64,000 nt of DNA from Candidatus Moraniibacteriota bacterium (GTDB lineage Bacteria > Patescibacteriota > Minisyncoccia > Moranbacterales > UBA9337), in assembly GCA_029865125.1 (NCBI GenBank), contig JAOUHN010000002.1, positions 713-64,712 of the forward strand, given 5' to 3'. Of the stretch, positions 9,290 through 18,633 are shown piece by piece. Positions within the stretch are counted from its first letter, which is position 1, and every line of letters begins with the position of its first letter. The position numbers and the translations under genes are program-made. The notes under the pieces are model-generated. The model worked only from the letters and a program-made list of their open reading frames with translations. It made no database searches and was not told where the DNA came from.

Positions 9290-9664
9290 ATGAAAAATAA
9301 AAAATTAGTATTGTTTCAAAAAAAAGAAATTAGAAGAGTTTGGCATGAAGAGGAGTGGTGGTTTGTGGTTATTGATGTTGTGGGTGCTTTGACCGATTCA
9401 GTTAATCCGGCGGGATACCTTAAGGATATGAAGCGTAGAGATGATGAAATTTCCAAAGGGTGGGGGCAAATTGCCACCCCCCTTGCAGTTGAGACAGCTG
9501 GAGGAAAACAAAAAATTAACTGTTCTAATGTGGAAGGAGTTTTCAGGATAATCCAATCCATCCCATCACCCAAAGCGGAGCCCTTCAAGCGTTGGTTGGC
9601 GAAAGTTGGGAAAGAAAGGATGGATGAGATTGAGAATCCGGAATTAGTATTTAGTGTAAGCTAG
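9290..9664 (+). CDS. BRO-N domain protein (DinD-like), apparently C-terminally truncated
   Basis: EIRRVWHEEEWWFVVIDVVGALTDS...VEGVFRIIQSIPSPKAEPFKRWLAKVGKERMDEIENPEL matches the BRO-N / DNA-damage-inducible-protein-D family. The protein is only 124 aa and is followed by a 32-bp tandem duplication (9652-9715). Confidence 0.7.
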   Translation: MKNKKLVLFQKKEIRRVWHEEEWWFVVIDVVGALTDSVNPAGYLKDMKRRDDEISKGWGQIATPLAVETAGGKQKINCSNVEGVFRIIQSIPSPKAEPFKRWLAKVGKERMDEIENPELVFSVS

Positions 9665-9727
9665 AGTTGACACTAAATGGGTATTTAGTGTAAGCTAGAG
9701 TTATCACTAAATTAAAATCTTAAGAAA

Positions 9728-11170
9728 ATGGCTATAAAAAAGGAAAAAATAAGAAATTTCTTGAATGATCAAATCGCTCAGGCGGAGTTTAGAGCAAAAG
9801 CATATGTTTTTGATGAGGATAACAAAAGAAGGCCTCAGAGGAGTATTTTTGTTAAGATTAGGTCATATTTTGAGGATTTTTTCACTGCAAACAAATCAAA
9901 GCGATGGATTACTCTGACTGGTCTTCGTGGTGCTGGGAAAACTACGCTCATGTATCAACTTTATCACGAATCAAAAGTACGCGATTGTTACCGATTGATC
10001 TTATCATTGGATCAAGTGACGCAGATTATGGAAAGTAATATCAGCGAGGTTTTGCAGGTGTATGAAGAAGTAATAGGGTGTCACTTAGAAAATCTAGACA
10101 AGCCATTGTTGCTTTTTTTGGACGAGGTTCAATATGACCCTAAATGGGGAGTAGCATTGAAATCAGTTTATGATAGGAGTGATAAAGTGTTTATTTTTGT
10201 TACTGGTTCGGCTGCTTTGCACATGAATAGTAATACTGATATTGCAAGAAGAACTATATTTGAAAAACTATTTCCACTCAGCTTTACGGAATATTTAAAA
10301 ATTAAGAATAAAAAATTTCCCATTAAAGGTCTCAGCGGTAGAGTTCGAGGTGCTATTTTTGCTTCCGATTCGGCGAAGCAATGTTTTGAAGAACTTAAGG
10401 CTATTGAAAAACATGCGGATAAGTACTATATGGGAACAACGCGTATTGATTTTCAAAAATATCTTAATTATGGATCTTTACCATTTATGATTGCACTTCA
10501 AAATGAAGCCATTGTATATGATCAGATCAGCAAAACATTAGATAGAGTTGTTAATAATGACATTGCACAGCTGGGAAATTTTTCGCAAGAAGTTGTTTCG
10601 GTTATTCCTGCAATTCTGTATGCAGTGGCGGATATGGACGCTTTTAACTTTTCCACTATTTCGAATAAGTTTGGTTTGAGTCGGGCAAAGGTAGCTGAGA
10701 TTTTTTCAATTCTTGAACAAACAGAGATTTTATTTAGAGTCTACCCTCATGGATCTCATTTGAGTCAGTCAGTTCATACGACGAAAAAGCCATCCAAGTA
10801 TCTTTTTTCATCCCCTGCTTTTCGAATGATGTATTATAAGATGATTGGAAGTATTATTTCTGAGCAAAACACCAAAGGAAGATTACTGGAAGATTTGGCA
10901 GGGATGTATTTGCATAGATTTTTATATAAAAATACTTATGCATCACTGACATATGACAGTGCAAAGGGAGGCGCAGATTTTATTTTGACGATGCACAATA
11001 AGAGGTTAGTAATTGAAGTTGGCTCAGGAAAAAAAGGATATCGGCAAGTGATTGAAACTGCTAAGAAGGTAAAGGCAAGTTATTCAATCATTGTTTCTGA
11101 AAATGAGTTAGAATTTTCTGAAGAATTTAATGCAGTTAAAATTCCTATTAGATTATTTGTGTTAATGTAG
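9728..11170 (+). CDS. AAA-family ATPase (AAA_14 + DUF4143 type)
   Basis: Walker A GLRGAGKTT, Walker B LLFLDEVQY, DUF4143-like C-terminal region. Confidence 0.7.
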   Translation: MAIKKEKIRNFLNDQIAQAEFRAKAYVFDEDNKRRPQRSIFVKIRSYFEDFFTANKSKRWITLTGLRGAGKTTLMYQLYHESKVRDCYRLILSLDQVTQIMESNISEVLQVYEEVIGCHLENLDKPLLLFLDEVQYDPKWGVALKSVYDRSDKVFIFVTGSAALHMNSNTDIARRTIFEKLFPLSFTEYLKIKNKKFPIKGLSGRVRGAIFASDSAKQCFEELKAIEKHADKYYMGTTRIDFQKYLNYGSLPFMIALQNEAIVYDQISKTLDRVVNNDIAQLGNFSQEVVSVIPAILYAVADMDAFNFSTISNKFGLSRAKVAEIFSILEQTEILFRVYPHGSHLSQSVHTTKKPSKYLFSSPAFRMMYYKMIGSIISEQNTKGRLLEDLAGMYLHRFLYKNTYASLTYDSAKGGADFILTMHNKRLVIEVGSGKKGYRQVIETAKKVKASYSIIVSENELEFSEEFNAVKIPIRLFVLM

Positions 11171-11179
11171 AGTTACGAT

Positions 11180-12754
11180 ATGAATAAATTAGATTTGAGA
11201 AAGAGATTTGAGAAAATAATTGAATATCTTTTTTATGTGGCTGTTTTTCTGCTTCCTTGGCAGACGGTTTTTTTGGTGCGTGAAATTTTTGTGGGGGGTG
11301 AGAAGTGGCAATATGGGACTGTTGGGGTGTATTTGAGTGATGTTGTTTTGGTTTTGTTGTTGGGTCTGGTTGTAGTGGGAAAATTGAATGTTGAGACAAA
11401 TTTTCAATTTTCAATTTTTCACCCTATGGGCGATCACCCGAAGGGTGACAATTTAAAATCAATTTTTAATGATGAATTTAAAAACAAGCAAAAACATGTC
11501 ACGGCGAACTTGTTTCAAAATCCCAAGCGAATATTGAGCGCGTGGTTTGATAAGGGGATCCTGAATCAAGTTCAGGATGACAAAGTGAGATGGTTTGCGG
11601 GACTATTTTTGTTTTGGATTGCGCTGTCAATTTTTTGGTCGCCGGACAAATTTTTGGCGACATATTTTTTCTTCAAAATTCTTTTAGGGGTGGGATTGTT
11701 TTTTGCAATTGGGCGCATCAAATTTGATTGGAAAAAATTAATCTTTGTTTTGTTTGTGAGTGCTGTTTTTCAAGCTGGACTGGGAGTGCAGCAATATTTG
11801 ACTCAGGAGGTTTTTCCAAACAAATGGCTGGGAATAAGTGAGCATCAAGCATTTGAGGGGGGCGCAAGTGTTGTTGAGAATTCAAATGAAAGATGGCTTC
11901 GGGCGTATGGTGGATTTGAACACCCGAATGTTTTGGGAGGATTTTTGGTTTTGATAATTTTGGTGATTATTGGGGTAAATTTTCAATTTAAAATTTTTCA
12001 CCCTATGGGCGATCACCCGAAGGGTGACAATTTAAAATCAATTTTTAATGATAGAATTTTAAAAAGAAAAAAATATTTTACACTTGGATTGCTGGTTGTG
12101 AGTTGTTGGCTGCTGATGACTGGTTTGTTTTTTTCTTTTTCAAGAACTGCTTGGTTGGCTTTGATTGTTGGTTTAATCATCTTGACTGTGCTGAAATATA
12201 AGGGGATCCTGAATCCCGCTCCAGGCGAGGCGAGGCAAGTTCAGAATGACAAAGTGAAGTGGTTGATGATTATTTTGATTCCTATAATTTCAATTTTAGT
12301 GATGAATTGGAGTAATTTTTTCACTCGTTTTGATGCTGGTGCGAGGCTGGAACAGAAATCTGTGAGTGACAGGGTGAGTTATTTTTTTGAGGCGAAAGAG
12401 GTGATTGAAAATAATTTGTTTCTTGGAGCGGGGACAGGAAATTACGTCCAGGAAGTGATGAAAAATGATGAACTCAAAAAAGATGTGTGGGAATATCAGC
12501 CCGTTCATAATGTTTTCTTGTTGATTTTTTCTGAGCTGGGGCTCATCGGACTTGTGTTATTTGTTGGGTTATTGATTTTGATAATGCGCAGATGTGGACT
12601 AGAATCACTTCCAATATTTGCAGCGCTGTTGATTTTCATGATGCTTGATCATTGGCTTTGGACCAGTCATTTCGGAATGCTATTTTTCTGGCTAATTTTA
12701 GGACTCACTTGTTGCAAAAAGTCCTCTGGTGTAAGATTGAAAAGAGGTTTTTGA
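11180..12754 (+). CDS. O-antigen ligase (Wzy_C)-like polytopic membrane protein carrying three in-frame repeat-element insertions
   Basis: Multi-TM protein with SRTAWLALIVG and PVHNVFLLIFSELGLIGL (O-antigen ligase-like HN..L..E.G motif). The ORF stays open through two copies of the caccctatgggcgatcacccgaagggtgaca element (11400-11470, 11985-12055) and two family-A MITE arms (11555-11582, 12203-12251). Confidence 0.55.
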   Translation: MNKLDLRKRFEKIIEYLFYVAVFLLPWQTVFLVREIFVGGEKWQYGTVGVYLSDVVLVLLLGLVVVGKLNVETNFQFSIFHPMGDHPKGDNLKSIFNDEFKNKQKHVTANLFQNPKRILSAWFDKGILNQVQDDKVRWFAGLFLFWIALSIFWSPDKFLATYFFFKILLGVGLFFAIGRIKFDWKKLIFVLFVSAVFQAGLGVQQYLTQEVFPNKWLGISEHQAFEGGASVVENSNERWLRAYGGFEHPNVLGGFLVLIILVIIGVNFQFKIFHPMGDHPKGDNLKSIFNDRILKRKKYFTLGLLVVSCWLLMTGLFFSFSRTAWLALIVGLIILTVLKYKGILNPAPGEARQVQNDKVKWLMIILIPIISILVMNWSNFFTRFDAGARLEQKSVSDRVSYFFEAKEVIENNLFLGAGTGNYVQEVMKNDELKKDVWEYQPVHNVFLLIFSELGLIGLVLFVGLLILIMRRCGLESLPIFAALLIFMMLDHWLWTSHFGMLFFWLILGLTCCKKSSGVRLKRGF

Positions 12755-12784
12755 GATTTAATTTTTTATATTTTATATAACATC

Positions 12785-13735
12785 GTGCCTGAATTACCAG
12801 AAGTACAAACTATTGCTGACGATTTGAACAAAAAAATCAAGGGCGACAAAATCGTTGATTTTGAAAGTTTTTGGAAAAAGTCCATCAAGGGTGGATCCTT
12901 TGATGAATTTTTGCGTGGAATTGTGGGAAGAAAAATTGAAGGCGCACGAAGAATCGGGAAGAATCTTTTCATTGATTTGTCAGGTGGAAAAACGATTTAC
13001 ATTCATTTGAAGATGACGGGACACTTGCTGGTGAAACCAGCAAGCATGAAGCATGGAACACAAAACATGGAACAAAAAATTCAAAATGCAAAGCAAGAGG
13101 GGTATTTTGATGAAAAGGTGAATCAGTATATTCGACATGTGTTTTATCTCAAAGATCAAAATGCAAAACTCAAAACCACAATTCAAAAGTCAAAACTTTT
13201 AAATGCAAAATATGATAAAACGCTTGAATTTTCGGATCTGAGGAAGTTTGGGAAGATTATGCTGGTGGATACTGAAAAAGTAATGAAATTGCCTGAGATC
13301 GCAAAATTGGGCACAGATGTGATGGATGAGAAGTTTACTGTGAAATTGTTCAAAGAGATTTTGAAGAAGAAGCAAAAAAGTGTCATCGGAAATGTTTTGA
13401 TGGACCAATCTTTGATTTCTGGAATCGGAAATATCTACAGAAGTGAGATTCTTTTTGAATCGGGAGTGGATCCGAAAAGGAAAGTGAGTGAGCTGAAGGA
13501 TAGCGAAATTGAGGAGATGTACAAAAATACACTGAAAATAATCAAAAAAGCAATCAAGCTTCGAGGAACATCCGACAGTGATTATCGCGATACCTCCGGA
13601 GCTCCTGGAGAAATGCATAGGTTTTTGAAGGTGTATAATCGTGAAGGTGAAAAATGTAAAAAATGTGATACAATAGTGAAAAGAAAAAAAATTGGGCAGA
13701 GAAGTATTTATATATGCTCAGAGTGTCAAAAATAA
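12785..13735 (+). CDS. mutM: formamidopyrimidine-DNA glycosylase
   Basis: GTG start giving MPELPEVQT (catalytic N-terminal Pro). RKFGKIML ~ PRRFG. C-terminal zinc finger CKKCDTIVKRKKIGQRSIYICSECQ. Internal low-complexity insertion 13046-13210. Confidence 0.9.
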   Translation: MPELPEVQTIADDLNKKIKGDKIVDFESFWKKSIKGGSFDEFLRGIVGRKIEGARRIGKNLFIDLSGGKTIYIHLKMTGHLLVKPASMKHGTQNMEQKIQNAKQEGYFDEKVNQYIRHVFYLKDQNAKLKTTIQKSKLLNAKYDKTLEFSDLRKFGKIMLVDTEKVMKLPEIAKLGTDVMDEKFTVKLFKEILKKKQKSVIGNVLMDQSLISGIGNIYRSEILFESGVDPKRKVSELKDSEIEEMYKNTLKIIKKAIKLRGTSDSDYRDTSGAPGEMHRFLKVYNREGEKCKKCDTIVKRKKIGQRSIYICSECQK

Positions 13736-13744
13736 ATTTCTCGT

Positions 13745-13827
13745 GTCATTCTGAACTTGATTCAGAATCCCGAGATGATACCGCGCGTGTTATTTGATGA
13801 GGATCCTGAATCAAGTTCAGGATGACA
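13745..13827. mobile_element. MITE family A copy
   Basis: gtcattctgaacttgattcagaatcccgag...ggatcctgaatcaagttcaggatgaca. Confidence 0.8.
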
Positions 13828-13898
13828 GTGTTATTGTAAGTAGATAAATTCAAAACCTAATTTATTAATCAACTATTTAACTAGTTAACCAAGCTAAT

Positions 13899-15077
13899 AT
13901 GGAAAAGAAGTATAAAATTATTATTGCCATTGTTGCGATGTTGGTGGCAGGGAGTGTCGTGTATTTTTTTGCAACAAGCGATGAAAGAAGAATTGAGACC
14001 GTAGAGCAAACCAAGAGGGAGGCTCAGAAAACTGAAGGAGAAGGAAAACTAATTCAAGGTGATGTGAGCCCAATCTCAGGAATTGCGTGTGAGAATTGGA
14101 AAAAAAGACCAATTGCAGTGATGCAGCCAGCGGACATGCAGGCTCGTCCAGCGGCTGGTTTTTCTGATGCTGACATGGTGATTGAAATGCCTGGATTCAC
14201 TGCTTCAGTGACAAGGCTCATGGGAGTGTATATCTGCAATCTTCCAGATGCAGCGGGAGCAATTCGAAGCTCAAGACATGATTACATTCATCTTGCAAAG
14301 GGATTGGACGCTGTTTTTGTTCATTGGGGAGGATCTATTTTTGCTCTTGAGAAATTAAAAGGAAATATCATCGATCACATCGACTGTATGGTGTATTCCG
14401 AAAAATATTGTTTTAGGTGGGATTGGAGAAATATTGCTGGAATGAGAATGGAAGATTCAGGGCATGTGACAAGAGAAAGCATGGTTTCTATGATGGATGA
14501 AATGGGATTTCGAAAAGAAAGCAATTTTCAGGGATATCCTCATCAAGAAGAAGCCCCAATGGACAGTCGCCCAGAAGCAGGTCATTTGAGAGTGGCATTT
14601 GCAAAACCATATGACGTTGAATATGATTATGACAAGGCAACAAATGCATATTTGAGAACATGGGGAGAAAAAGAAGATACTGACAGAAACAATGGAGAAA
14701 GACTGGCTCCAAAAAATGTTGTGGTCATGATTGCGAAGAGCGAGCAAATTTCACTGGACATTGATTATGCAGCAAGAGGAGTTGAAAATCCTTGGGACAT
14801 GGTTCCAGAAAAAAAGAAGACAGGAAGCGAGACTATCAATTTTCGCTATAACGATGTGAATGTTGGAGACCCATGGTTTGACACAGCGGATAGTGGAGAG
14901 GCTTTCTACTATATGAACGGAAAAGAATATCGTGGAAAATGGAAGAAAGACAAGTCAGATATTGCAAGTAAGTTGTATTTCTATGACACTAGCGGAAAAG
15001 AAATCAAATTTGTGCCAGGTCAAATCTGGGTGGAAATTCTTGAGCCAGGACAAGCACTGAAATGGGAGAGTCAGTAA
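13899..15077 (+). CDS. DUF3048-family lipoprotein-like protein (YerB-like)
   Basis: N-terminal TM, then SPISGIACENWKKRPIAVMQPADMQARPAAGFSDADMVIEMPGFTASVTRLMGVY matching the DUF3048 N-terminal signature. Confidence 0.55.
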   Translation: MEKKYKIIIAIVAMLVAGSVVYFFATSDERRIETVEQTKREAQKTEGEGKLIQGDVSPISGIACENWKKRPIAVMQPADMQARPAAGFSDADMVIEMPGFTASVTRLMGVYICNLPDAAGAIRSSRHDYIHLAKGLDAVFVHWGGSIFALEKLKGNIIDHIDCMVYSEKYCFRWDWRNIAGMRMEDSGHVTRESMVSMMDEMGFRKESNFQGYPHQEEAPMDSRPEAGHLRVAFAKPYDVEYDYDKATNAYLRTWGEKEDTDRNNGERLAPKNVVVMIAKSEQISLDIDYAARGVENPWDMVPEKKKTGSETINFRYNDVNVGDPWFDTADSGEAFYYMNGKEYRGKWKKDKSDIASKLYFYDTSGKEIKFVPGQIWVEILEPGQALKWESQ

Positions 15078-15109
15078 ATTTAAAATTTAAAATTTAAATT
15101 AAATTTCCA

Positions 15110-15481
15110 ATGAAAAAATGTTCCAATGGAAGTTATGATTTAGAGGAAAGAACAGCTGTATTTGGCGAAGATGTGATAATTCTTTGTAAGAAAATTTCCA
15201 AAAATGAAATAACAAAACCGCTTATAAGTCAAATAATAAGATCGGCTACTAGTGTGGGCGCTAATTATCTGGAGGCTAATGGTGCAAGTTCTAAGAAGGA
15301 TTTTCGTAATAAGATTTTTATTTGCAAAAAAGAATCTTAGGAAACAAGGCATTGGCTTAGAATGTTAGCGAAAGCATGTGATGGAAATAAAGATAAATTA
15401 AGGGTTTTATGGCAAGAATCTAGGGAGTTGGCAATGATATTTAGTAAAATTTGTAGTACTATTGATAATGGGAAAAAGTAA
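15110..15481 (+). pseudogene. four-helix-bundle protein (23S rRNA IVS-protein family) interrupted by an in-frame TAG
   Basis: GANYLEANGASSKKDFRNKIFICKKES-TAG-ETRHWLRMLAKACDGNKDKLRVLWQESRELAMIFSKICSTIDNGKK. The family consensus KES.ET.yWL continues across the amber codon at 15338-15340. Confidence 0.55.
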
Positions 15482-15546
15482 ATTTTTGAATTTTCTGATT
15501 TAAAATTGATTTAAAATTTTAAACTTAAAATTTTAAATTTAAAAAG

Positions 15547-16503
15547 ATGATATATTTCTTGTATGGAGAGGATGACTTCTCTTCCACTGAAAAATTAAAT
15601 GAGATCAAAGATCAATTTTTGAACAAAAACGCTCAAGGTTCTTCCTTGAGTGTTTTAGACTTTGATGAGGGGATTGATCTCGATCTGCGAAGCGTCATCA
15701 GATTGGAAGGACTTTTTTCTTCTAACAAATTGGTGATGGTGAAAAACATTTTCAAGAGTGGAGGAATTGATACGCTGAGGCAAACATTTGATCTTTTTGA
15801 AGAGATGAATGGTGTTTTTGATGACAAGGAATTGGCGGTGGTTTTTTGGGAGAGTGAGAATCCAAAGAAAAACACAAAGCTGTTCAAAATGTTGGAAAAA
15901 AATGCAAAGACACATCTTTTTGAAAAAATTAGTGGCACAAAGCTTTCTCGTTGGATTCAAGATAGAGTGGAAAAAATGGGCGGAAAAATTTCAAAAGATG
16001 GATTGGAAAAATTGATTTCTTTTGTGGGAGATGATTTGTGGAAAATGTCTCATGAGATTGAGAAGTTGGTGAGCTATAAGGACGGCGAAGAAATTGCTGG
16101 AGGTGATGTTTCCGAATTGGTTAGTGCTAATATCACAAAGGATATTTTTGGCGCTATTGATGCGCTGGGAAGAAGAGACAAAAACACTGCCATCAAAATG
16201 CTTCACAATCAACTTGAATCAGGAGACGATCCTTTCTATGTGCTCTCAATGTATGTATATCAATTTCGAAATCTTTTGAAAATTGGAAGCTTTTATTTTC
16301 AAGGAATGAGAAACAACTACGAAATTGCACGTGTCGCCAAATTGCACCCGTTTGTTGTGCAAAAGGGAATTCAACAGCTACAAGGTTTTTCGGAGATGGA
16401 ATTAAAAAGAATTTATAAAAGACTTGAGAATCTAGATTATCAAGCCAAAACAGGTCACATTGACATTGTTCTCGGACTGGATAAGTTTGTTGCGGAAATT
16501 TAG
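15547..16503 (+). CDS. holA: DNA polymerase III delta subunit-like
   Basis: 318 aa, MIYFLYGEDDF start and overall HolA-like architecture; assignment by weak motif recollection. Confidence 0.5.
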   Translation: MIYFLYGEDDFSSTEKLNEIKDQFLNKNAQGSSLSVLDFDEGIDLDLRSVIRLEGLFSSNKLVMVKNIFKSGGIDTLRQTFDLFEEMNGVFDDKELAVVFWESENPKKNTKLFKMLEKNAKTHLFEKISGTKLSRWIQDRVEKMGGKISKDGLEKLISFVGDDLWKMSHEIEKLVSYKDGEEIAGGDVSELVSANITKDIFGAIDALGRRDKNTAIKMLHNQLESGDDPFYVLSMYVYQFRNLLKIGSFYFQGMRNNYEIARVAKLHPFVVQKGIQQLQGFSEMELKRIYKRLENLDYQAKTGHIDIVLGLDKFVAEI

Positions 16504-16610
16504 ATGAGAGATGAGATTTGTGAGTTGAGATTTGAGAAAAACAGAACCACCCTTCTTCGCCAGCTGGCGAACCCTCCTTGAAAAGAATGGGAGGTAAATG
16601 TGAATAAAAT

Positions 16611-16641
16611 AAAAAACCCGACGCTCAGTCGGGTTTTTTTG
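16611..16641. terminator. bidirectional intrinsic terminator (holA + / rpsT -)
   Basis: aaaaaa-cccgacgctcagtcggg-ttttttt. Confidence 0.75.
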
Positions 16642-16650
16642 TGCAAAGAA

Positions 16651-16923
16651 TTATTTGCTCTTTGCGATGGCTTTGACAGCCTTGTTTAGTCTTGATTTGT
16701 ATCTTGCAACGGTATTTTTTTTCAAAACTTTCTTTTGAGCAGCTTTATCAAGTGATTTGATAGTTTGCTTCAAAAGCTCAGATGCTTTTTTGTAGTCTTT
16801 TGCGGCAACTGCTTCACGAGTTTTTTTGATTGCACTTCTGTAAGTTCCTTTGGTTTTCTTGTTTACTACAGTTTTTTTTGCAGTAACTCGCATGTATTTT
16901 TTTGCTGATTCTTTGATTGGCAC
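16651..16923 (-). CDS. rpsT: 30S ribosomal protein S20
   Basis: GTG start giving MPIKESAKKYMRVTAKKT...ARYKSRLNKAVKAIAKSK, a basic ~90-aa S20-like protein. Confidence 0.85.
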   Translation of the reverse strand: MPIKESAKKYMRVTAKKTVVNKKTKGTYRSAIKKTREAVAAKDYKKASELLKQTIKSLDKAAQKKVLKKNTVARYKSRLNKAVKAIAKSK

Positions 16924-17201
16924 TTGTGTTGAATTCAATAGTGAGTCGCAGGCATAGGATGCGCGCAAAATCACGATTGAGTATGTTTAAACGTTTAAAT
17001 AAATAGCATGTAAAAAACTCCTGAGACGGGAGTCTTTATATATTATTAGCATGATTGTTTGTTTTTGTAAAGTATTGCGTATTACCTCCTTACGAAAGAC
17101 AAACAAATTGATTGTGAATATACAAATGTAAAAATTAAATAATGAATAGAAAATAATTCGAGCTCACTAAAAGAAGTCTTTTAGTGAGCTCGGGGTATTT
17201 A

Positions 17202-17735
17202 TTATTGACGAGGTCTGAGAGAAATTCTTAGAGCTAATCCAAGAAATATTCCCGTTAATAGCATTTTTATTGGGCTTGGATAATAAGCAGGAGAAAATAC
17301 AACCTGTTGCTTTTCTGTGTCAATAATAGGATTATCGAATCCAACCGTGATTCCTTCAATATTTTGAGGAATTGGTCGGTGCATCGACTGAACATTTCTT
17401 AAAATAGGAGTATCTTGTATGATCAGAGTATATTCTGCGTTGCATTCGGAAAAAAAATAATAGTTGCTGTCGCAACTGATTGATATGCTTATCGTTGTAT
17501 TTTCTTTGGCAATAGAGTCGAATATATCTCTTGAAACATCTTTGGGCACCTCTGTTTTTTTCGGTGGATTTTCAGTGTAGTTCCGTGGAATGACAAACGA
17601 AACTGATTGAGTTTTAGTTGTTTCTATTTCGTGGTATTTTTGGTTGTCGACGATTAGTCCGTATACAACTCCCATTGCGAGTAGCACAAATGCTAAAACA
17701 GAAATCATTTTTCGATGTTCCATGACAGTCTCCAT
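17202..17735 (-). CDS. bitopic membrane protein (N-terminal signal anchor + C-terminal TM with basic tail), paralog of 18634-19176
   Basis: Hydrophobic N- and C-termini; shares SF..P..Y, CD, FDNPIIDTEKQQVVFSP with its neighbour. Confidence 0.5.
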   Translation of the reverse strand: METVMEHRKMISVLAFVLLAMGVVYGLIVDNQKYHEIETTKTQSVSFVIPRNYTENPPKKTEVPKDVSRDIFDSIAKENTTISISISCDSNYYFFSECNAEYTLIIQDTPILRNVQSMHRPIPQNIEGITVGFDNPIIDTEKQQVVFSPAYYPSPIKMLLTGIFLGLALRISLRPRQ

Positions 17736-17897
17736 AGTTAACAGGGTTTGATTGAAAAGGTGCTAATTTTATTTGCTCAGAGTATGGCACAGAGAAGGAT
17801 AGTTTGCAAGGTTTTTTGTTTGCTGAAAAATGAAAAAGAATTGAAATTTGAGAAGAAATAATATTTAGTATAGAATGTTATGTATTAATACTTTTTT

Positions 17898-18350
17898 GTG
17901 AAATTTATGAGTGATTTGTTTGAGGGAGCAATAACAATATTTTATCGAGATAATGGAGGTGAGAATGAATTTTTGGTAGTGGAAAATTCTTCTTCAGGAA
18001 ACATCACTTTTGTTGGTGGTGCTAAGGAAGGATTCGATGAAAGTTTGGTGGAAGTGGCTAGACGTGAAAATGAAGAAGAGCTGGGGATTGACCCGGATGA
18101 ATATGAACTTGTTGAGACTGATGTTTTTCACAAATTTGTTTTTTCTCCTCACAAAAAGAATCGAGTGGGAAATGAAGGAAGGTATCAAGTTTTTGTTTCA
18201 GACTTGAGTGATGCTGATTTTGAAATTACTCCAACGGATGAACTCAAAAATGTTTGGTGGATGAGTGAGGAAGAGGTTTTTGACAACTTGACCTTTGATG
18301 ACTTGAAAGATGTTTTTGAAAGAGTGTTGGATGAAGGAGTGATAGCGTAG
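17898..18350 (+). CDS. NUDIX hydrolase
   Basis: Nudix box GGAKEGFDESLVEVARRENEEELGI. Confidence 0.8.
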   Translation: MKFMSDLFEGAITIFYRDNGGENEFLVVENSSSGNITFVGGAKEGFDESLVEVARRENEEELGIDPDEYELVETDVFHKFVFSPHKKNRVGNEGRYQVFVSDLSDADFEITPTDELKNVWWMSEEEVFDNLTFDDLKDVFERVLDEGVIA

Positions 18351-18595
18351 AACATGGAACACATAGCATATAACATAGAGCATGGAACACATAGCATGGA
18401 ACACATAGCATAGAACACATAGCATAGAACACATAGCATAGAACACATAGCATAGAACACATAGCATAGAACACATAGCATAGAACACACAGCATATAAC
18501 ATAGAGCATGGAACACATAGCATATAACATGAAACACATAGCATAGAACACATAGCATAGAACACATAGCATGAGACAGATAGCATAAAAAATAT
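18351..18595. repeat. ~17 tandem copies of 14-bp unit ACATAGCATAGAAC
   Basis: Directly visible. The all-Cys/Tyr/Met minus-strand ORFs here are translation artefacts. Confidence 0.9.
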
Positions 18596-18600
18596 TCAAG

Positions 18601-18624
18601 CCCCGTGGGATGCGTCCCGCGGGG
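18601..18624 (-). terminator. GC hairpin terminator for 18634-19176 gene
   Basis: ccccgtgggatgcgtcccgcgggg, followed on the minus strand by a T-run. Confidence 0.55.
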
Positions 18625-18633
18625 CTTGGTCGA

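Noticed and set aside
18185-18599. Three overlapping minus-strand ORFs (133/133/107 aa) rich in Cys/Tyr/Met
   Set aside because: They are translations of the 14-bp tandem repeat ACATAGCATAGAAC in different frames; no RBS, pure repeat sequence.
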